From an uncultured beta proteobacterium (GTDB lineage: Bacteria > Pseudomonadota > Gammaproteobacteria > Burkholderiales > Burkholderiaceae_C): a DNA stretch of 64,000 nucleotides. The translations under genes and the position numbers were made by a program. This document shows, piece by piece, positions 1 through 9,674 of the stretch. The stretch is from contig CAVRZW010000014.1 of the NCBI GenBank assembly GCA_963725755.1, forward strand, positions 26,799-90,798. The letters run 5' to 3'. The notes below the pieces were generated by a model. It was not told where the DNA came from, made no database searches, and saw nothing but the letters and a program-made list of their open reading frames with translations. The first letter of the stretch is position 1. Every line of letters begins with the position of its first letter.

Positions 1-46
1 TCGCAGCGAGGTGCGGCGAATAATAGCCGGCACATCGGGAGTCAAG

Positions 47-1226
47 GTGACGAAGACAGCATGGCGGATCGCGGTGGTGGGCGCCGGCCCGGTGGGGCTG
101 GCGCTGGCGTTGCATGCGGCGCGTCTGCTGCCGCATGCGCAGATCACCTTGTTCGACGCCCGGCCCGCCGACCGCGATGTCGGCGCCGACCCGCGAACGC
201 TGGCGCTGGCGCTGGGCAGCGTGCAGTTCCTGCAGCGCCTGGGCGCCTGGCCGGCGGCAGCGGCCGAGCCGATCACCGAGGTGCATGTCTCGCAGCAGCC
301 GCCGAGCCTGGCCGGCGCCGAGCTTCGCCTGCGCGCCGCCGACCTGGCCGTGCCGCAGCTCGGCGCGGTGCTGGCCTACGGCGCGCTGGTGGCGCCGCTG
401 CAGCGCGCCTGGGAGGCCGAGGCCGCGCTGCAGCCGCAGCGCCTGCACACGCGCTTCGGCACGCCCGTGAAGGCCCTGAAGCGCGTGGCCGACGGCGTCG
501 AGGTCGATGCCGGCATCGCCGAGCAGTTCGACCTCGCGGTGGTCGCCGAGGGCGGCGTCTTCGCCGACCAGGCGCGGCGGGCGGTCGCCCGCGACTATGG
601 GCAGACGGCCTGGGTCGGCACCGTGACACTGGCAGGTGCGACCCGCGGTCGCGCGCTTCGAGCGCTTCACGCGCGAAGGGCCCGCGGCGCTGTTGCCGCT
701 GCCGGCGGCCGCCGACGGCCAGCCGCGCGCCTCGCTGGTGTGGTGCGTGAAGAGCAGCAACGACCCGGTGCGCGAGCTGGACGACGCGCAGCGGCTGGCG
801 GTGCTGAACCAGGTCTTCCCGTCGGAAGCCGGGCGACTGGTGGCGATCTCGCCGCTGAAGTCCTTCGCGCTCGGGCTGAACGCCGAGCGCACGCTGGTCG
901 AGGGCCGCGTCGTGCGTATCGGCAACGCCGCGCAGACCCTGCACCCGGTCGCCGGCCAGGGCCTCAACCTCGGACTGCGCGACGCCCACGAGCTGGTCTC
1001 GGTGCTGCGCTGGACCGACGATCTCGACGCCGCGCTGCGGCGTGCCGAATGGGCGCGCGCGCCCGACCGCTGGGCGATGATCGCGGCCACCGATTTCCTC
1101 GCCCGCAGCTTCACCTGGCGACTGCCCGGCGCGGCCGCCGCGCGCGGGCTGGGCCTGGCCGCGCTGCAGGCGCTGCCGCCGGTGCGCGACTGGCTGGCGC
1201 GGCGGATGATGTTCGGCTCGCGCTGA
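47..1226 (+). pseudogene. UbiH/UbiF/VisC/COQ6-family FAD-dependent hydroxylase; reading frame broken near 640
   Basis: The N-terminal half lies in ORF 11..1483 and has the Rossmann motif IAVVGAGPVGLALAL. The C-terminal half lies in ORF 636..1226 and has FERFTREGPAALLPLP and GNAAQTLHPVAGQGLNLGLRDA, which are family fingerprints. After about 640 the first frame becomes Arg/Ala/Pro-rich nonsense. GTG 47 is preceded by GGGA; GTG 11 is an alternative start. The joined length of about 393 aa fits the family. Confidence 0.8.
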
Positions 1227-1314
1227 GCCGGCGCATGAGCCTGGCGCAAGGAGACGAACGGCTGGCGAAGGACCCATCGCGATTCCACGCGATGGGGCCG
1301 AGCTCCCGGGCCGC

Positions 1315-2133
1315 CTACAGCCGCCGGTGGGCCAGCGCGGGCAGCTGCGTGCGCACCTGCAGGAGGCGTTCGGGGTCGGCCTCGGCGATCACGAAGCCCT
1401 CGCCTTCGTCGAGCATGTCGAGCACCTCGCCCCAGGGATCGACGACCATGCTGTGGCCCCAGGTGCGGCGGCCATTGGGATGAGTGCCGCCCTGCGCCGC
1501 GGCCAGCACGTAGCACTGGTTCTCGACCGCGCGGGCGCGCAGCAGCAGCTCCCAGTGCGCGCTGCCGGTCGTGTGGGTGAACGCCGCGGGCACCACGAGC
1601 AAGTCGCAGGGCGGCGTCATCAGGGCCCGGTACAGCTCCGGGAAGCGCAGGTCGTAGCAGATCGACAGGCCGACGCGCAGCCTTTCACCGGACGGCAGCG
1701 GCCCCGCCTGCAGCGCCACCGGCTCGCTGCCGGCGCGCAAGGTGCGGCCTTCGTCGTAGCTCTCGCGGCCGCTGTCGAAGGCGAACAGGTGGATCTTGTC
1801 GTAATGCGCCGCCTCGCCGCCGTCGGGGGCGAAGACGGCCGAGCGGTTGAGCACGCGGTCGGGCTGCCCGGTCTTCACCGGCAAGGTACCGCCGACCAGC
1901 CACAGCGAATGCTCGCGCGCGAGGTCGGACAGGAAGCGCTGGATCGGCCCGTCGCCGGCGGCTTCGGCCAGGGCCAGCTTGTCGCTGTCGCGCGAGCCCA
2001 TCAGGCAGAAGTACTCGGGCAGGGCCACCAGCCGGGCACCCGCCGCTGCGGCCTCGGCCACCAAGTGCGCGGCGGTGTCGCGATTCGCCGGCCAGTCGGG
2101 GCCCGACACCATCTGCACGGCGGCAATCTTCAT
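1315..2133 (-). CDS. carbon-nitrogen hydrolase (nitrilase superfamily) protein
   Basis: The sequence MKIAAVQM..., LVALPEYF, the active-site Cys context [16 protein letters not shown], and [13 protein letters not shown] mark a typical CN_hydrolase Glu-Lys-Cys family member. The start is taken at the internal ATG (M15 of the ORF). Confidence 0.85.
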   Translation of the reverse strand: MKIAAVQMVSGPDWPANRDTAAHLVAEAAAAGARLVALPEYFCLMGSRDSDKLALAEAAGDGPIQRFLSDLAREHSLWLVGGTLPVKTGQPDRVLNRSAVFAPDGGEAAHYDKIHLFAFDSGRESYDEGRTLRAGSEPVALQAGPLPSGERLRVGLSICYDLRFPELYRALMTPPCDLLVVPAAFTHTTGSAHWELLLRARAVENQCYVLAAAQGGTHPNGRRTWGHSMVVDPWGEVLDMLDEGEGFVIAEADPERLLQVRTQLPALAHRRL

Positions 2134-2339
2134 CGACGCATTGTGCAGCGCCGGCCCGGGCCGCGCGGGCGGCATATCCCCCTGCCGCAGTGGGCCATGC
2201 GTTCACGACTACCCTTGATCCCACAAGCCGACCGCAGACCTGTCGCAGACTGGCGATGAGCGGCGCCCAGACATGATGAGCTCGGAGGGTTCGAACATGC
2301 CAGCCAAACGCCGCCGCACTTCGGTGGCCGGCGCCGCGT

Positions 2340-5129
2340 TTGCCGACGCTCGCTGCTGACATGGGCCCGGCCGATGCCCTTCCGGTGGCGGCGTCGGACC
2401 TGGCGCCGGCCGCCGCCGACCACAGCCGCTTCGTCCAGCGCATCCGCCGCCGCTATGCCGCCGAGCTCGCGCTGCTGCCGCCCGGCGCACCCGACTTCGA
2501 GGCGATCACGGCGCTGATCTCGCAGCTGCAGGCCGGCGGGCGCGACCTGCCCGGCGCGCTGCGCGTGGCGCGCCATCTCGTCATCGAGCGGCTGGCGGTG
2601 CTCGACATCGAGCAGGGCGCGGCGCTCGAGGTCGTCACCGGGACGATGACCGCGCTGGCCGAGGCCACGCTCGAGTTGGCGCTCGCCCAGGCCCAGGCCG
2701 AGGCCGACGCGCGCCACGGCCCGCCGCTGGACCCGCAGGGGCAGCGACTGGACCTGTGGATCGTCGGCATGGGCAAGCTCGGCGCGCGCGAGCTCAACGT
2801 GTCGTCCGACATCGATCTCATCTACGTCTACGAGGACGAGGGCCAGACCGCAGGCGCCCGGCCGGTGTCGTTCCATGAGTACTTCGCCCATGTCGCACGG
2901 CGGCTGTTTGCGCTGATCGGCGAGACGACCGACGACGGCCTGGTGTTTCGCGTCGATCTGGCGCTGCGCCCCAACGGCAATTCGGGCCCGCCCGTGGTGA
3001 GCCTGGGAATGCTCGAGGAATACCTCCAGGTCCAGGGCCGCGAGTGGGAGCGCTTCGCCTGGCTCAAGAGCCGCGTCGTCGCACCGCGCGCCGCGACGGC
3101 CAGCGGCCGTGCGCTGGCCTTGCGCGCACTGGTCACGCCCTTCGTCTACCGGCGCTACCTCGACTACGGCATCTTCGAGGGCCTGCGCCAGCTGCACCGC
3201 AAGATCCGCGACGAGGCACAGCGCCGCGCCGCCGGCCGGCCCGAGCGTGCCAACGACGTGAAGCTGTCGCGTGGCGGCATCCGCGAGATCGAGTTCATCG
3301 TCCAGTTGCTGCTGGTGGTGCGCGGCGGCCAGTTCCCCGAGATCCGCACCCGCAGCACGCTGCGCGCCCTGCAGCGTCTGGCCGACCGCGGCTTGATGAA
3401 GGTCGAGACCGCTGCCGGCCTGGCCGCCGGCTACCGTTTCCTGCGCCAGGTCGAGCACCGCATCCAGTACCTCGACGACCAGCAGACGCACCTGCTGCCG
3501 GCAGCCGACGGCGACCTGTCGTGGATCGCGCGCAGCATGGGCCTGGTGTGCGCCAAGCCCCCCGCCTGCGAATTGCTCAACCGCCTGTGCGAAGTACGCG
3601 AACTGGTGGCGGCCGAATTCGACGCCCTGCTGCGCGAAGGCCAGGCCGGCACGCAAGACGCCACCCGCGGCGCTTGCCGCAACTGCGGCCCCGGCCCCTT
3701 GGCCGTCGACAGCGAGGCGCTGCTCGAGCGCCTGCCCGAGGCGCTGGCCGAACGCGTGCGGCCGTGGGCGCAGCAGCCGCGCGTGATGGCCTTGCGCGAC
3801 GACAGCCGGATGCGCCTGGGCCGGCTGATCGACAAGACCGCGATCGCGATGCGCGACGGCGACTGCACCACCGTCGGCGCCTTGCGCTTCGTCGACTGGC
3901 TGGAGCCACTGCTGCGCCGCGAGAGCTACCTGGCGCTGCTGGTCGAGCGGCCCGAGGTCCATCGCCGGCTGCTGCGTCTGCTCGGGATGGCGCGTTGGCC
4001 GATGCAGTACCTGATGCGCCACCCCGGGGTGATCGACGAGCTCGCCGACGAGCGGCTGCTGCACCTGCGCTTCGACCGCGCGGCGTTCATCGCCGATCTC
4101 GACGGCCGCCGCCTGGCCTGGCAACGCGCCGGCGAGGACGAAGAAGACAAGCTGCTCGACACGCTGCGCCGCGCCCACCATGCCGAGGTCTTCCGGACCC
4201 TGGTGCGCGACGTCGAAGGCGAGCTCACCGTCGAGGAGGTGGCCGACGACCTCTCGGCGCTGGCCGACGCCGTGCTCGACACCGCCGTGCGCTGGTGCTG
4301 GGCGCGGCTCAAGCAACGCCACCGCGAGGCGCCGGGCCTGGCGGTGATCGCCTACGGCAAGCTCGGCGGCAAGGAGCTGGGCTACGGCGGCGACCTCGAC
4401 GTCGTCTTCGTCTACGACGACGCCGCCGACGCGGACCCCGCAGCGCAGCAGCGCGCGCAGGAGGTCTACGCGATGTTCGTGCGCAAGCTGATTCCGTGGC
4501 TGACGCTGCGCACGGCCGCCGGCGAGCTGTTCGACATCGACACCGCCCTGCGCCCCAACGGCAACTCCGGACTCCTCGTGACGTCGATCGGCGCCTTCGA
4601 GCGCTACCAGGCCGGCCGCGGCAGCAACACGGCCTGGACCTGGGAACACCAGGCCCTCACCCGCGCCCGCTGTGCCGCCGGCACGCCGGCCGTGGCCGCG
4701 CGCTTCGAGGCGGCGAGGCGCGCCGTGCTGACCGCGCCGCGCGACGCCGCCGCGCTGCGCGACGAGGTGCGGGCGATGCGCGAGAAGGTGCGCGCCGCGC
4801 GCCCCGTGCCGGTCGGCCGCTTCGACGTCAAGCACAGCCCGGGCGGCATGATGGATGTCGAATTCGCCGTCCAGTACCTCGTGCTCGCCCACGCCGGCGC
4901 GCATCCGGCGCTGCTCGACAACGCCGGCAACATCGCCCTGCTGCAACGCGCCGAGGCTGCAGCGCTGCTGCCTGCCGGCGTCGGCAGCGCCGCCGCCGAT
5001 GCCTATCGCGAGCTGCGCCGTGCCCAGCACCGGGCGCGGCTCGACGAGCAGCCGACGCAGTTCGCGCCCGAGGTGCTGGCCGCCGAACGCGAGGCGGTGC
5101 TCGCCTTGTGGCAAGCGGTCTTCGGTTGA
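2340..5129 (+). CDS. glnE: bifunctional glutamine synthetase adenylyltransferase/adenylyl-removing enzyme
   Basis: This is a 929-aa ORF with two nucleotidyltransferase modules, MGKLGARELNVSSDIDLIYVY and YGKLGGKELGYGGDLDVVFVY. Each is followed by LRPNGNSG, which is diagnostic of GlnE. The start is TTG 2340 or ATG 2361. Confidence 0.95.
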   Translation: MPTLAADMGPADALPVAASDLAPAAADHSRFVQRIRRRYAAELALLPPGAPDFEAITALISQLQAGGRDLPGALRVARHLVIERLAVLDIEQGAALEVVTGTMTALAEATLELALAQAQAEADARHGPPLDPQGQRLDLWIVGMGKLGARELNVSSDIDLIYVYEDEGQTAGARPVSFHEYFAHVARRLFALIGETTDDGLVFRVDLALRPNGNSGPPVVSLGMLEEYLQVQGREWERFAWLKSRVVAPRAATASGRALALRALVTPFVYRRYLDYGIFEGLRQLHRKIRDEAQRRAAGRPERANDVKLSRGGIREIEFIVQLLLVVRGGQFPEIRTRSTLRALQRLADRGLMKVETAAGLAAGYRFLRQVEHRIQYLDDQQTHLLPAADGDLSWIARSMGLVCAKPPACELLNRLCEVRELVAAEFDALLREGQAGTQDATRGACRNCGPGPLAVDSEALLERLPEALAERVRPWAQQPRVMALRDDSRMRLGRLIDKTAIAMRDGDCTTVGALRFVDWLEPLLRRESYLALLVERPEVHRRLLRLLGMARWPMQYLMRHPGVIDELADERLLHLRFDRAAFIADLDGRRLAWQRAGEDEEDKLLDTLRRAHHAEVFRTLVRDVEGELTVEEVADDLSALADAVLDTAVRWCWARLKQRHREAPGLAVIAYGKLGGKELGYGGDLDVVFVYDDAADADPAAQQRAQEVYAMFVRKLIPWLTLRTAAGELFDIDTALRPNGNSGLLVTSIGAFERYQAGRGSNTAWTWEHQALTRARCAAGTPAVAARFEAARRAVLTAPRDAAALRDEVRAMREKVRAARPVPVGRFDVKHSPGGMMDVEFAVQYLVLAHAGAHPALLDNAGNIALLQRAEAAALLPAGVGSAAADAYRELRRAQHRARLDEQPTQFAPEVLAAEREAVLALWQAVFG

Positions 5130-5731
5130 CCGCGGCCCTGGACCGCGGCGGCCGCGCCTGGGTCGCCTTCGCCGCCCTGCTGATGCTGGGTTCGTTGCTG
5201 GCCTGGTGGCTGCCGGCGACCACGCTCGACTGGCAGCCGGCGCTCGCGGCAAGCCAGCCCTGGCGCGCCTGGACCGCGGTTTTCGTGCACTGGAGCGGGC
5301 TGCACCTGGGGGCCAATCTCGGGGCCGCGGCGGTGGTGGCCGCCTTCGGTGCCGCCGCCCGCGTGCCGGCGCGCCTGGCGCTGGCCTGGTGCGCGGCCTG
5401 GCCGCTGACCCATTGGGGGCTGCTGCTGCAGCCGGCGCTGGCGCATTACGGCGGCCTGTCGGGCGTACTCCATGCCGGGGTGGCGATCGTCGTGCTGTGG
5501 CTGCTCGTCGCCGAGCGGGGGTCGCGACGTGCGATCGGCGCCGCGGTGCTCGTCGGGCTGGTCGTCAAGATCGTGACCGAGCAGCCCTGGGGCGCGCCGC
5601 TGCGCGTGGGCGATGGCTGGGACATCGCGGTGGCGCCGCTGGCGCATCTCACCGGTGCATCGGCCGGCGCGCTTTGCGCGGCGCTGGCGCTCGGGCTTCG
5701 ATGGGCCGGGCGCAGAGAATCGGCTTCATGA
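5126..5731 (+). CDS. rhomboid-family intramembrane serine protease, rhombosortase-like
   Basis: The CDS is the tail of ORF 3044..5731. TTG 5126 overlaps the glnE TGA (TTGA). The protein is about 200 aa with about six hydrophobic helices. It carries rhomboid motifs FVHWSGLHLGANL and YGGLSGVLHAG (GxSG serine) and a downstream AHLTGA histidine. Size and motifs fit rhombosortases. Confidence 0.65.
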   Translation: MTAALDRGGRAWVAFAALLMLGSLLAWWLPATTLDWQPALAASQPWRAWTAVFVHWSGLHLGANLGAAAVVAAFGAAARVPARLALAWCAAWPLTHWGLLLQPALAHYGGLSGVLHAGVAIVVLWLLVAERGSRRAIGAAVLVGLVVKIVTEQPWGAPLRVGDGWDIAVAPLAHLTGASAGALCAALALGLRWAGRRESAS

Positions 5732-6636
5732 CCGACCATCGAAAGACCGAACTCGACGCACTCGCCGTCGCCCTGCTGCTGGGCTGCAGCGCTGTCTGGG
5801 GGCTGGGCCAGGTGGCGGCCAAGGTCGGCCTGCGCGACTTCCCGCCGCTGCTGCAGGGTGCGGCGCGGTCGCTGGGCGCGACGCTGTTGTTGCTGCTGTG
5901 GTCGCGCCTGCGCGGGCTGCCCGTGCTCAAGGCCGACGGCAGCGGCCGCGCGGGTCTGCTGGCCGGCGCACTGTTCGCCGCCGAGTTCGGCTTCATCTTC
6001 ATCGGACTGCAGTTCACCACCGCCTCGCGGATGGCAGTGTTCATCTATCTCGCGCCCTTCATCGTCGCCGCCGGCATGCCGCTGATCAGTCGCAGCGAGC
6101 GGCTCGATCTGGCGGGCGCCTGCGGCCTGGTGCTGGCTTTCGGTGGCGTGGTCTGGGCCTTTGCCGAAGCCTTCGTGAGCCCCGCCGCCGGCCCGCGTCA
6201 ATGGCTGGGCGACGCGCTGGGCATCGCCGCGGCGCTGATGTGGGGGCTGACGACGCTGACTGTCCGCGGCACGCGCCTGGCCATCGCGTTGCCCGAGAAG
6301 ACCTTGCTCTACCAGCTGGCGGTCTCGGGCATCGCGCTGGCGCTCGCCTCCATGTTCGAGGGCGAACGCTGGCCGCAGCACCCGGCTGCGCTGCCGCTGG
6401 CGGCGCTGGGGTTCCAGACGGTGGTCATCACCTTTGCCAGCTACCTGGCCTGGTTCTGGCTCGTGCGCCATTACCCGACGACGAAGATCTCGGTCTTCAC
6501 GCTGCTCACGCCGGTGTTCGGACTCATCGCCGGTGTGCTGCTGCTGGGCGAACCGTTGACCGTGAGGCTGGTGGTCGCGCTGCTGGCGGTGTGCGCGGGC
6601 ATCGCGCTCGTCAACCGCCCGCCCCGCCGCCCTTAG
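5728..6636 (+). CDS. DMT-superfamily (EamA-type) transporter
   Basis: ATG 5728 overlaps the upstream stop (ATGA). The protein is about 300 aa with about 10 hydrophobic segments arranged as two EamA-like repeats. Confidence 0.85.
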   Translation: MTDHRKTELDALAVALLLGCSAVWGLGQVAAKVGLRDFPPLLQGAARSLGATLLLLLWSRLRGLPVLKADGSGRAGLLAGALFAAEFGFIFIGLQFTTASRMAVFIYLAPFIVAAGMPLISRSERLDLAGACGLVLAFGGVVWAFAEAFVSPAAGPRQWLGDALGIAAALMWGLTTLTVRGTRLAIALPEKTLLYQLAVSGIALALASMFEGERWPQHPAALPLAALGFQTVVITFASYLAWFWLVRHYPTTKISVFTLLTPVFGLIAGVLLLGEPLTVRLVVALLAVCAGIALVNRPPRRP

Positions 6637-6667
6637 ACTCGACGCATCGAACCCTAGAGACCGGACC

Positions 6668-7309
6668 ATGACGATCACGCTGTGCGGGCGCCCGCTTTCG
6701 AACTACTACAACAAGGTCAAGCTGGTGTTGCTCGAAAAGGGCATCCCGTTCACCGAGAAGCGCGTCGGCACCGGCTCGACCGACGAGGCGGTGCTCGCCG
6801 CTTCGCCGCTGGGCAAGATCCCGTTCATCCTCGTCGACGGCCAGACGCTGTGCGAGAGCCAGGTCATCGTCGATTACCTCGAGGCGCGCCATCCGCAGCC
6901 GCCGCTGGTGCCGGCCGACCCGCTGGCTGCAGCCAAGGTGCGCGAGCTGTGCGCCTTCATCGACCTGCACCTGGAACTGGTGGCGCGCGAGCTGTACCCG
7001 CAGGCCTTCTTCGGCGGCACCGCCAGCGAGGGCACGAAGGACCGCGTGCGCAAGGCGCTGACGCGCAACATCGCCGGCTTCAAGCGGCTGGCCCGGTTTT
7101 CGCCGTATGTCGCCGGCGACAGCTTCACGCTGGCCGACTGCTCGGGTTGGTGCAACCTGCCGCTGGTCGCGCTGGCGACCAAGGCGGTGCTGGGCGAAGA
7201 CCTGCTGGCCGCCGCCGGCATCCCCTGGAAGGACTACGCCCGCCTGATCGGCGAGCGCGCGAGCGCCGTCCGCGTGAGTGCCGATCGCAAGGCCGACATG
7301 CCGACCTGA
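6668..7309 (+). CDS. glutathione S-transferase family protein
   Basis: The 213-aa protein has an N-terminal thioredoxin-like region (PLGKIPFILVDGQTLCESQVIVDYLE) and a helical C-terminal domain (FTLADCSGW). Confidence 0.9.
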   Translation: MTITLCGRPLSNYYNKVKLVLLEKGIPFTEKRVGTGSTDEAVLAASPLGKIPFILVDGQTLCESQVIVDYLEARHPQPPLVPADPLAAAKVRELCAFIDLHLELVARELYPQAFFGGTASEGTKDRVRKALTRNIAGFKRLARFSPYVAGDSFTLADCSGWCNLPLVALATKAVLGEDLLAAAGIPWKDYARLIGERASAVRVSADRKADMPT

Positions 7310-7325
7310 TGCGCGGGCTGCCGGG

Positions 7326-8183
7326 TCAGACGGCCCGCGGCAGCGGCTTGCCAGCGAGCGACGCCGTCAGCTCCTTGCGGTAGCGGTTGAGTTCCTGCAC
7401 GCTGGCGAAGCTGCGCTCCATCAGCAGGCTCAGGTTGTGCAGGATGCGCTCGACGACCTTGCTCTCCCACACGGCGTCGAACTGGATCTGCTTGTCCAGC
7501 CATTGCTCGAGCCACTCGGGGTTGGGCAGCCGGCTCTGGATCGTGTCGCGCGGGAACAGGTTGACGTTGACATGCAGGTTGGTCGGGTGCATGGCCTGCG
7601 CGGTGCGCCGCGCGCTGGCCATCAGCACGCCGATCTTGGCAAAGGCGGCGCGCGCCTCGTCGCCGAACTTGCCCATCGCCCGCTTCATGTAGCGCAGATA
7701 CGCGCCGCCATGGCGCGCCTCGTCGCGCGCCAGGACCTCGTAGATCGCCTTGATGACCGGCTCGGTGTGCCATTCGGCGGCGCGCCGGTACCAGTGATTG
7801 AGCCGGATCTCGCCGCAGAAATGCAGCATCAGGGTTTCCAGCGCCGGCGCGGGGTCGAACTCGAAGCGGATCGCGTGCAGTTCCTCCTCGGTCGGCACGA
7901 GATCGGGACGGAAGCGGCGCAGGTATTCCATCAGCACCAACGAATGTTTCTGCTCTTCGAAGAACCAGACGCTCATGAAGGCCGAGAAGTCGCTGTCCTC
8001 GCGGTTGTCGCGCAGGAACATCTCGGTCGCCGGGAGCGCCGCCCACTCGGTGATGGCGTTCATCTTGACGGTCTGGGCCTGCTCTTCGCTGAGCATGCCG
8101 GCCTCGAACTTGTCCCAGGGAATGTCCTGGTCCATGTTCCAGCGCACGGCCTCGAGTTGCCGGAACAATTCGGGATAGAGCAT
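7326..8183 (-). CDS. ferritin-like diiron-carboxylate protein (acyl-ACP-desaturase-like fold)
   Basis: There are two E...ExxH motifs, ITEW...FFEEQKH and CGEIRL...ARDEARH. The gene lies directly downstream of the MerR/B12 regulator on the same strand. The gap is 20 nt with start 8183, or there is a 7-nt overlap with the alternative ATG 8210. Confidence 0.7.
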   Translation of the reverse strand: MLYPELFRQLEAVRWNMDQDIPWDKFEAGMLSEEQAQTVKMNAITEWAALPATEMFLRDNREDSDFSAFMSVWFFEEQKHSLVLMEYLRRFRPDLVPTEEELHAIRFEFDPAPALETLMLHFCGEIRLNHWYRRAAEWHTEPVIKAIYEVLARDEARHGGAYLRYMKRAMGKFGDEARAAFAKIGVLMASARRTAQAMHPTNLHVNVNLFPRDTIQSRLPNPEWLEQWLDKQIQFDAVWESKVVERILHNLSLLMERSFASVQELNRYRKELTASLAGKPLPRAV

Positions 8184-8203
8184 GGTTCTTGCCGGATGCA
8201 TCG

Positions 8204-9181
8204 TCAGCATTCTAAGGATCTCGCGCCGCCGCCGTCATGCTTTGTCATGTTCGCCAGCCGCCAGCGCTGCAATTCGGCCGGCAGCGCCTCGAGCGACGCG
8301 AAGGGCGTGACGCCGCCTACCGGCCGACGGTGCAACACCGGGGCGCTGCCGCCGGCCCAGAGATCGACCGCCGGCGGCAGCTTGGAACGCAACTCGGCCA
8401 GCCCGTCGGCAATCTGGTTCGGATTCATGCAGCCGGTGAAACTCAAGCCCACGACGTCGGCCCGGTAGGCCTGGGCCGCCAGCACGATGTCCCACAGCGG
8501 CGTCTGCACGCCCAGCGGGACGCAGCTGCAACCCTCCAGCGCCAGCAGCGCCTCGGCCATCAGCAGACCCATGCCGTGCGGCTCGCCCGGAAAGGTGCTC
8601 AGCAAGACCCGCGGCCGGGCCGACTCCGCCCGCATCGGGACGGCGGCGATCGCCTGCCTGAGCACGGCCTGCATGGTTTCGGCGTACTGGTGCTCCTCGA
8701 AGATCTCCATCTGGCCGCGCAGCCAGGCGTCGCCGACAGCGGCATTCAGCGGCCCGACGACTTCGATCACGAAACGCGCCACGCCGACCCGCGCCAGCAG
8801 CCGGCCGAGCTGCGCGCGCAGCGCGGCCACGTCGTGGCTGCGGATCAGCGCCAGATGCGCGCGCAGGTCGCCCGACCCCAGGGCCGCCTCGACGCTGCGC
8901 AGCGGCTGGTCGACGGTCTTGCCTGCCAGCTGCTGCAGTTCGTCCAGCGCCAGTCGCACGATGCGGCCGGGCCGGTGCCCGGCGTCGAGAAGCCGCTTGA
9001 CGACACGCAGCTTCTCCACCTGCTCCAGCGTGTAGGCCCGCTCGCCGACGGCGTCTCGGGACGGCGAAGGAAACCCGTAGCGCCGTTCCCAGACGCGAAG
9101 GGTGTCCTTGCTCAGCCCGGTGTCTCGCTCCGCGGCGGCGATCGACAAGGTGATGGCGGCTATCGAAGAGCGGTCGTTCAC
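8204..9181 (-). CDS. MerR-family transcriptional regulator with C-terminal cobalamin-binding domain (CarH/LitR-like)
   Basis: The N-terminal MerR HTH is LSIAAAERDTGLSKDTLRVWERRYGFPSP...YTLEQVEKLRVVKRLL. The C-terminal B12-binding signature comprises FPGEPHGMGLLM (ExHxxG), VVGLSFTG and DLWAGGSA. The GTG at 9181 has GGAGG 6 nt upstream. The ORF extends to 9256 with weaker alternative starts. Confidence 0.8.
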   Translation of the reverse strand: MNDRSSIAAITLSIAAAERDTGLSKDTLRVWERRYGFPSPSRDAVGERAYTLEQVEKLRVVKRLLDAGHRPGRIVRLALDELQQLAGKTVDQPLRSVEAALGSGDLRAHLALIRSHDVAALRAQLGRLLARVGVARFVIEVVGPLNAAVGDAWLRGQMEIFEEHQYAETMQAVLRQAIAAVPMRAESARPRVLLSTFPGEPHGMGLLMAEALLALEGCSCVPLGVQTPLWDIVLAAQAYRADVVGLSFTGCMNPNQIADGLAELRSKLPPAVDLWAGGSAPVLHRRPVGGVTPFASLEALPAELQRWRLANMTKHDGGGARSLEC

Positions 9182-9674
9182 GCCAGTCCTCCGGACTCGG
9201 CTACTCGGAGTCGGCATTCTGATATGCCCTGGACAAATTGTCTCTGTTGCCGCCAATTCAGAATCAGTTCGCAGCTGCTCGCAAGTTTGATCAGGACAAA
9301 ATTGGTACGAGTGGTTGGCGCCGGGCGCGAGAACCTGTCGAGCGTATCGATCAATGGCCGCAACGCTCGCAGGGTATTACCGTCTGGTCTGATAATGACC
9401 GCACAGTTCATAATTCCTACTCAATAGTACGTATGACCGAGGTGACAGTGAAGACGACTCGCGACGGAGCGCATTGGGCAGTCGGCATCGGGGGCAGTGA
9501 GCACCGGGCACGCACGCGGCTCTCGGCAGGGCTTCTCCGTGATCCCGATCAGGCGGCGGAACTTTCGCAGGCGCGGCCTGCTCTGAGCTTCAAGACGGGC
9601 CCGAGCATGGGCTCGTCGATGAAGTTTTCCCTGTCGTGCGGACTCTCAGGTCCCCTGACTGCAAGCCCGGAGCG

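Noticed and set aside
2130-5252. Long antisense or alternative-frame ORFs such as 2130..5252(-), 3044..5731(+) upstream part, 33066..36563(-), 43344..46514(-), 40311..42602(-), 57921..60683(-) and 13275..15020(-).
   Set aside because: The reasoning is the same as above. These are low-complexity R/A/G/P translations opposite or overlapping genes with clear family signatures (glnE, TBDR, GH94, uvrA and others). Only the last 200 aa of 3044..5731 is a real gene, the rhombosortase-like protein.
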